NCBI GenBank assembly: GCA_038087875.1
Contig: CM075987.1
Location: 28,274,001 to 28,338,000 of the forward strand
Length of the DNA: 64,000 nt
Direction: 5' to 3'
Source: Malacoraja senta
Lineage: Eukaryota
Shown here: positions 57,126 to 64,000 of the stretch, piece after piece
How the letters are laid out: each line of letters opens with the position of its first letter
Position numbering within the stretch: the first letter of the stretch is position 1
Notes under the pieces: model-generated
What the model was told of the DNA's origin: nothing
Database searches by the model: none
What the model saw: only the letters and a program-made list of their open reading frames with translations
Made by a program: the position numbers and the translations under genes

Positions 57126-57144
57126 GGGCACTGCCTGAACCACC

Positions 57145-57282
57145 GACCCAGTATTGGGACACTGACCCACCCGACCCAGTATTGGGGCACTGACCCACAG
57201 ACCCAGTATTGAGGCACTGACCCACAGACCCAGTATTCGGACACTGACCCACAGACCCTGTATAGGGACACTGCCTGACCCA
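57145..57282. repeat. Minisatellite, ~27-bp unit, about 5 copies
   Basis: GACCCAGTATTGGGGCACTGACCCACA repeated. Confidence 0.85.
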
Positions 57283-57609
57283 CCGGGAAAGTATCCAGTG
57301 GTGAGAGTATCTGACCTAGTACTGTGATTTGTGCATCATTTTATCTTTGACTTTCTGACAAGCCCAATAATGATCTCTTTGTTTCTTGGCAAGCCACCCC
57401 GAGTCATCATGCCCCTCTCGGGTATTTCTGCCCAACACTTTTTCCTGCTTGCAACAACAACAACAACAACAAGGGAATCTGGGATACAGGTAAGTCTTGA
57501 TGCTTTCATTAACTGTGTTGCCACCATAACATGTCCAAAATGAGAATGTGGAGATATGGCATTAAAAAAAACATAGGACATGTTCTAGCCCCCTATATGG
57601 TTGTGGCTT

Positions 57610-58056
57610 GCTGTGGTCATAGGAATCCAGCTGTGGCCACATGAATCCAGCTGTGGCCATAGGAATCCAGCTGTGGCCATTGGAACCCAGCTGTGGCCAC
57701 TGGAATCCAGCTGTGGTCTTAGGAATTCAGCTGTGGTTTTAGGAATTCAGCTGTGGCCATAGGAATCCAGCTGTGGCCATGGGAATCCAGCTGTGGTCAT
57801 AGGAAACCAGCTGTGGCCATAGGAATCCAGCTGTGTTCATAGGAAACCAGCAGTGGCCATTGGAATCCAGCTGTGGTCTTAGGAATTCAGCTGTGGTCTT
57901 AGGAATTCAGCTGTGGCCATGGTAATCCAGCTGTGGTCATAGGAATCCAGCTGTGGCCATAGGAATCCAGCTGTGGCCATAGGAATCCAGCTGTGGCCAT
58001 AGGAAACCAGCAGTGGCCATTGGAATCCAGCTGTGATGGTAATTCAGCTGTGGCCA
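57610..58056. repeat. 20-bp minisatellite, about 22 copies
   Basis: ATAGGAATCCAGCTGTGGCC repeated with variants. Confidence 0.95.
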
Positions 58057-58539
58057 TCGGCTACAGAGTGTTACTGGAGCTTAGAGTCAGCGAGATGAGA
58101 GCCTGCAGGAGTATGAACTCGTGTCCCTGGGACTTGAGAGCCCCCGTTCCACTCTCATGGTCAGTCATGCTGTATAGACTGCAGTTAACTGACTTACTGC
58201 AGGTGGTAACAGGTAACCTTTGTGCATTCTTTCAGGAAGTCAACATGGACACTGCCACCAACTGCTGGCGGTTGGGGTGTGGTGCGGACACTATCCTTGC
58301 CGACAGTCACTCTCCCTGACCATCACAGGAGAGGCAATAAAGAGCAGCAGCAGCCAGACTTAGTTCTCCCTGGCATTTTTCCCTTTGGTTAGTTACGAGA
58401 TAGTGTGGTCAGTGCCTGTTATTTATCCACACAGAACGGCAACAAAGGTCAATTCCAGTGCCATTGATATGTTGGTGAGTGGAATTTATTAGAAAATATG
58501 TTTTGCGGTGACATCTATGCAATTGGTTAAACTTACAAT

Positions 58540-58930
58540 TCTCCTTCCAATTCCTACACAGACCCTTCTGTCCTCATTTGCTAAATGCAAATTGGAGGAA
58601 CAGTATCTCATATATTGCTTGGGCAGCTTACAGCCCAGTGGTATGAATATTGATTTCTCACACTTCAGGTAGCCCCGGCATTCCCTCTCTATCCCTCCCC
58701 TACCCAAGTCGCACTAGCTTCTCATTTTCACCCTACAAACAGCTAATGATGGCGTGTTTCCTTTATCATCGTTACTTTTTTGCATATCTTTTATTCATTG
58801 TTCCTTATCATCTATATCTCTCGTTTCCCTTATTCCTAACCAGTCTGAAGAAGGGTCTCGACCCGAAGCATCACCCATTCATCTCGAGATGCTGCCTGTC
58901 CTGCTGAGTTACTCCAGCTTTTTGTGTCTA
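58540..58930 (+). mobile_element. Penelope-like element 3' fragment
   Basis: KCKLEEQYLIYCLGSLQPSGMNIDFS (GIY-YIG ORF end) followed by the CTGAAGAAGGGTCTCGACCCGAA terminal repeat. Confidence 0.7.
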
Positions 58931-60917
58931 TTTTCACGATTATTATTAGTTTATTTTGGTTTAAATGACATTGCCAGCATATCCCAGATTACAAAACACA
59001 ATTGGGTGAATTGGTACAGTCGCTGTTCTCCTGGGCCGACAGTAATGGAGTGAGGGACAACCTTACACATGGAGGTGGACAAGGTCCACAGTATCTCACG
59101 GATGCCCAGTTCTGAGTCTGACCCACTTAGCACAACCGTAGTGTCATCCAGTTCTCCACAAGGCCTGTGCAGTGATCCCTTGCACAATCTGTCACGGGTA
59201 GCTGAGTGAGGAAGAGGAAGTTTATTTCTGGTGCTGGTTCACACACCACCTGCTGCAAAAACAATCCTTCAGTACCTGGCCAGCCCAGACAATGGTAATG
59301 CTAACACGCCACTTTGGGTCATGCACATGCAAGTATCCCAGCCAGAATTTATTCAGTGCCCTGGTTACTCCTAGTGCTACTTCCATATGTTATTCCGCAT
59401 GGACATTAATTCATCAGTTGAAGGAGTCGAGAGGTGGAAATCACTTTCCTTGCCCATGTGTGATCCAATACCATGAGACATCATGTGGAGCTCTGTCCTG
59501 TTGGGGACAGCACTGAACCAGGGCATGTGAGTGGGAAGACTGGCACCTTCTCCATAAGGTCAGATCCTGTAAGACTCAGGCCTATGCTTCACTGCTCTGT
59601 GGATCAGGTCTCCTAATTTGCACCAGTCCCTAGACATTTGTTGGCCACACTTCGCAAGATCAACTGGCAAAGGGCAACTTCTCCATGTCCAATTTTGGTG
59701 GCAGTTTGATGCCGGGCATTTTTCCAGTGTAATTCTTCATTGGTGCATCAGTTTTAGTCAAAGTGAGTGGATGTCTCAGCCTCTTCAGAGGACAGTTAAT
59801 GATCGACGACATTGCTGCAGGTATCGAGTCACATAAAGACCAGGGTATGATTGGAACATTCATCCTCCCAAAAGACTGATCCATGTGCTGCAATTACACT
59901 CGAGTGTTCTACACTCTCCCGGGCTGCCGAATGGACCCACTCTGAGTGATATAGACTGGGTGGTTCTAATCAGGAAACTATATACATGAACACGTGAGGA
60001 GATGGTTGGCCAAAGATGATAGTTTACAGAAAAACATGCAAAGCCCACTAATGCTCTCAGATACCTGAAAAGGTGTCAGGGAGGGTCAAACATCAGTTCC
60101 AGGGCAGCCCAGCATGATGGGTGGGACCTCGGAAAGAGAACTGACCACCGAATAGGGAAATGCACCTGAGAAAATCAGCCGTGAACATTTCACACAATTA
60201 ACAGGGATTTCACCAGATGTGAGCCAGTGGAAATAGCATTAATGAAAGCTGAGGTAGTCCATCATGAAGGCAACTATCCCAGTGAGAGAGTAGGAATAGT
60301 ATAGAGAACTGCCACTTATTCACGTGTTAAATGGAACACAAATAATGGAACTTGGGGAAAACGGTCTTCATGTGATTTAGGATGCGTCTGCAAGGGGATT
60401 GGACAGGCACTTTGCACAGACCCAGTCAGGTCTCCCGTAGAGTTCACAACCATGAAGTATCTGTGTAGTTAGAGCATGACCATGCACAGGGAGATGGGGG
60501 ACAGACAGACAGCTCACTGCAGGGCAAGAGCTGAAACTACACCTACAGTTCAGTTACAGTTCTCCAAACAATGCATGCTAGTTTGTAGGATAACGCTATC
60601 TTTAATATGCTTGTGCTATTTTAGTTCATATTCTATTGTATTCACTTTATTTGCAGCATTTACTTTAATAAACATTTCAAGTTCTGGGCTGTGGTTCCTT
60701 AAGTAAAACTCATATTACCTAACCTGCACACTTCCCACTGACTCTGTCTGAAGAAGGGTCTCAACCTGAAACGTCACCTATTCCTTTTCTCCAGAAATGC
60801 TGCCTGACCCTTACTCCAAGACATTGTGTCTAACTGAGGTTATGGAGTTTATCACCAAGGGCTTTGACACGCAATCCTCACACAGTACACTCAGACACAA
60901 AGTCCAAAGGCTTAAAC

Positions 60918-60923
60918 TTTATT
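60918..60923 (-). promoter_or_regulatory. Candidate EDF1 polyadenylation signal
   Basis: TTTATT on + (AATAAA on -) about 315 nt after the EDF1 stop. Confidence 0.6.
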
Positions 60924-61237
60924 TCTACAGAAAGTTAGAGGAAAAGTGAGAGGAAATCATAAGCACCTCCCTGGAGGTGGCAGTTGGGGAAATGAAAATT
61001 TAGCACAAATAAAGTTTTCACACTTCTGTCCTGGTTAGAGATTAATTGCATTCAAAACCATGCCTGGGAATCAGAGAGCAAGCTTTTCTTTTCTTTGGGT
61101 GAAGTACAATGCCAGCAGATGGATTGGTTACTCAGGCAAGTCAGCCCAGAATTAGCTTGGCAACAATGTCATTCTGACTTGTGGAAAAGCCAGGGGAGAC
61201 CAGTTCAAAAGAAAGAACTGATTTCGAGGCTTTGTTC

Positions 61238-63205
61238 TCATTTTTTCTTGGGGCCCTTCTCCAGCGGTTGTCCAATATCCTTACCACGCAACCGGAGGCC
61301 TTTTAAATGAAACAAAAAGTTTACTTAACACCAAGCAAGTTCACACGGGACAATCACACTTGCTGGCTAAACGCAGTGCAATGGAGGATGGTTAATGTAT
61401 GCCACAGCTCGGCCACCATTCACTGCACCCTCCTCGATCTACAGCCCTGTGAAACAAAAGCCCTCTCGCTCAGCATCCCCCAGTTACGGACATCCAACAT
61501 TTTGACCAAACAGCAATGAACATGAAGCAGATTTCTAAATCTGGATGCCATGGCATCTGTAAGCGAACTTGAGAGTGGTGACAGTCCCTCCCATGTGGCA
61601 TGTTTGTGGGGCAATGGTACGGAGCACAGGAGTGTCCACGATGATGGATAGAGTAATGGACGAGCTGCAAATGGCGAGAACCTTCCAGTTGGAGTATCCT
61701 GTGATGAGAATACCTTGGAGTAAGTGACAAGATTAGATTGTCTTGGTGGAGAAAAACCCTACTTCCATCTAAAACTAAGCAGATCTTGCTGTACATGGAA
61801 CTGTGATCTGAACAGTCTATTCATTGACAAATGTGTTCCCTGCTGAACCTATGTTGGGGGTGACATTGCTGAACTGGAAAACTTTGGGTCCCGGACACTA
61901 TCCTGACAAACTCCTACAGTGATCTGTAGGATAAGAAGTTGAATCTTTAACCATGGAATGCCTCCTCAATTGTTCTCAGCTATCCAGGTCAGTCGCACTC
62001 ACCCCCAGCTGATGCTCATGGTGCAGTTGGACAGGGCATGGCCAGGGGCATGCTGGTGAGTTAAGTGGAGCTCGATCAAAGCTTCCATCCATCATTTTGC
62101 TGATGATTAAAAGTAGACAATGGGCTACACTGGGTCTGTCTCTAACTGGCTACTGTAACTGGTATTCTGTATGACTCCACTGTTGTGTACACAAGGTGAT
62201 GCTTACATGGGGTTGGTCTATGTCATCGTTCAAGATACTGCAGTTGGATAGCTGTTGACACCCACCACCTGTGCAGTAACAGGAGTTTTCAAACACTTGT
62301 ATTCACATGGAGTGAATCAATGTGCATCAGAGTAAAGCAATGGTGTGGATGGTTCCCTCACAAGGAAACACAGATGGATTGTGCACTTCAGACTGGAGGA
62401 TTGTGAACCTTTCAGCCTTGCTTTCACTTTGAGCTCTGGTCTGGATGCTCCTTGCCACCCTGGTAGGAGTTTGTGGACTTACCGAGCACTCTTTCCACCT
62501 TGCCAAGAACCTGGTTGTTGGGAATGGCTTTCCCACACTCGTAGTCGGCAATGACTTGGGGCTTCTCACTGATCTTCTGTGAAGAAAGCACATGCCAAGG
62601 CATGGATCACCGCTGTGATCAATCTCCCCTCACCCTCACATCCACGTGATGCAGAAGGGTTGCTCACTCCACCAGCCCACCCTATACGGTGTTGCCCAAG
62701 GTACCCGTCCTGCCCCCACCCCACACGGTGCTGCCATTTACCCGTCCTAGCCCTCTCCACCGCTAGCTCTCCGTTATCAGTGCCACCCATGTTACCCGCC
62801 CCCACCATCCCACCCTACACAGTGCCACCATTTTACCCACCCCGCCCCCACCATCCCACCCTATACAGTGCCACCATTTGACCCGCCCTGCCCCCCACCA
62901 TCCCACCCTACACAGTGCCACCATTTGACCCGCCCTGCCCCCCACCAGTCCACCCTACACAGTGCCACCCATGTTACCCGCCCTGCCTTCCTCCACACGA
63001 CACAGAAGAGACAACTTCAGATGTTGGTCGGCCCGTTTACTTACGGTGGCCAAGTCCTTTTGATTCATCCCCATGTTTTGTCGGCCCTGCTGGATTAGTT
63101 TGCCGACAGTGAGCGACACTCGCTCGTGGTGCAGCTCCTCCGTTTCCCGGTCTAGCTTTGCAGTGTTCTTGGTTATTGTGTGTTGCTTATTTTGTCCCGC
63201 AGACC
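61238..63205 (-). CDS. EDF1: Endothelial differentiation-related factor 1 (MBF1), last three coding exons: 63205-63045, 62576-62483, 61299-61238
   Basis: (W)[104 protein letters not shown]; exons of 161, 94 and 62 nt, GT-AG, phases consistent; 5' exons lie beyond the window. Confidence 0.95.
62675..62990. repeat. C-rich intronic minisatellite in EDF1, ~44-46-bp unit
   Basis: CCCACCCTACACAGTGCCACCATTTGACCCGCCCTGCCCCCACCAT repeated. Confidence 0.85.
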
Positions 63206-64000
63206 CTGACAAAACACAAAGCAGAGATCTCCTTCAGCCAGTCATAGCATCAAGCGAACAGGGACATCCATCTACTAAAGACCAATTCCTCACGGTGGAC
63301 AAGGCCCAATTAAGGTTGAGGCTCCGTCTGCAGCGTCCCAACTGTGCTCCAGGGCAAATATAGTGAGGATCTGACACAGCAAAGTTCCTTTTGCATTCTC
63401 CATTAAAATCGTTGCAGGCACGGATAGCCAGAGCTTAGTGGCATGCTGCTGAGATGACAAGCTCTCCCTCAATGTCAGCAAGGTGCTAGCCATCAACCTC
63501 ATGCGGGGTGGAGCACATACTCCAGTCTGCATCAATGGTGCTAAGGAGATGATCAAAGCTTCAAGTTCCAAGGTCAAGAAAGCACATCAACACTTCTCGA
63601 GAAAGCCGCCAAGAACCATTGGTTATTCTCTCCCCTCTTCCATCATGCAGAAGGAAAAAAATTAAAGCATATACTACTAGGTTCAAGAACAGATTCTTCC
63701 CCGCTGTTAGACTCTGAATGGACCTCAAATGCTAAAGATGAATTGCTGACCTTCCAATCTACCTCTTTGCAGCCCTTGCACTTTTTTGAATCTACACTTT
63801 CTCTAACTGCAACACTATTCTCTGCATTGTTTCCTTTATCCTCCCGCACCACCTATTTTACTCATGTGCAGTATGATTGCACTCAAATATGGCGTGATCT
63901 GCCTGGATCGCAAGCAATGCAAAGCCGTAGCCTGATAATAACAAACACATGAAGTGCAAATGCTGGAAGCCAGAAATAAAACATTAATTTTATATATTAT

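Noticed and set aside
57610..58056. CRISPR-like regular repeat array (also 3830-4185 and 23030-23265)
   Set aside because: Head-to-tail tandem units with no unique spacers, no cas genes, vertebrate context

Overview
Eukaryotic vertebrate DNA. The repeat content (CR1 LINEs with an SGNH-esterase ORF1, Rex1/Babar LINEs, tRNA-derived HE1-type SINEs, Penelope fragments, a non-autonomous Helitron) suggests a cartilaginous fish, probably a skate; this is an inference. I resolved four spliced genes by hand from GT-AG boundaries and phase arithmetic. (1) Beta-tubulin copy A (+): exons 2-4 in the window, exon 1 not found, very large introns, divergent C-tail. (2) Complete TUBB4B-like beta-tubulin copy B (+): 445 aa, axonemal EGEFEEE motif, CpG-island/TATA promoter. 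(3) Complete 7-exon CIMIP2A/FAM166A (-): 278 aa, convergent with copy B. (4) The last three coding exons of EDF1 (-). This gene set recalls human 9q34.3. The most novel item is an unrecognised ~397-aa ORF (53855-55048, +) with Cys-rich segments and in-frame acidic EPAEEADVISP repeats. It lies head-to-head with CIMIP2A across a 190-bp spacer carrying two RFX X-box motifs, which suggests a co-regulated motile-cilium/sperm-flagellum module. Other oddities: patchy near-identity between the tubulin paralogs (gene conversion), a dead copy of tubulin intron 2/exon 3 inserted into a CR1 fragment between 7-bp direct repeats, inverted CR1 LINEs around a symmetric tubulin exon, a 32-bp TIR element with an 8-bp TSD, and several minisatellites. 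No database searches were run; family names come from recalled motifs.
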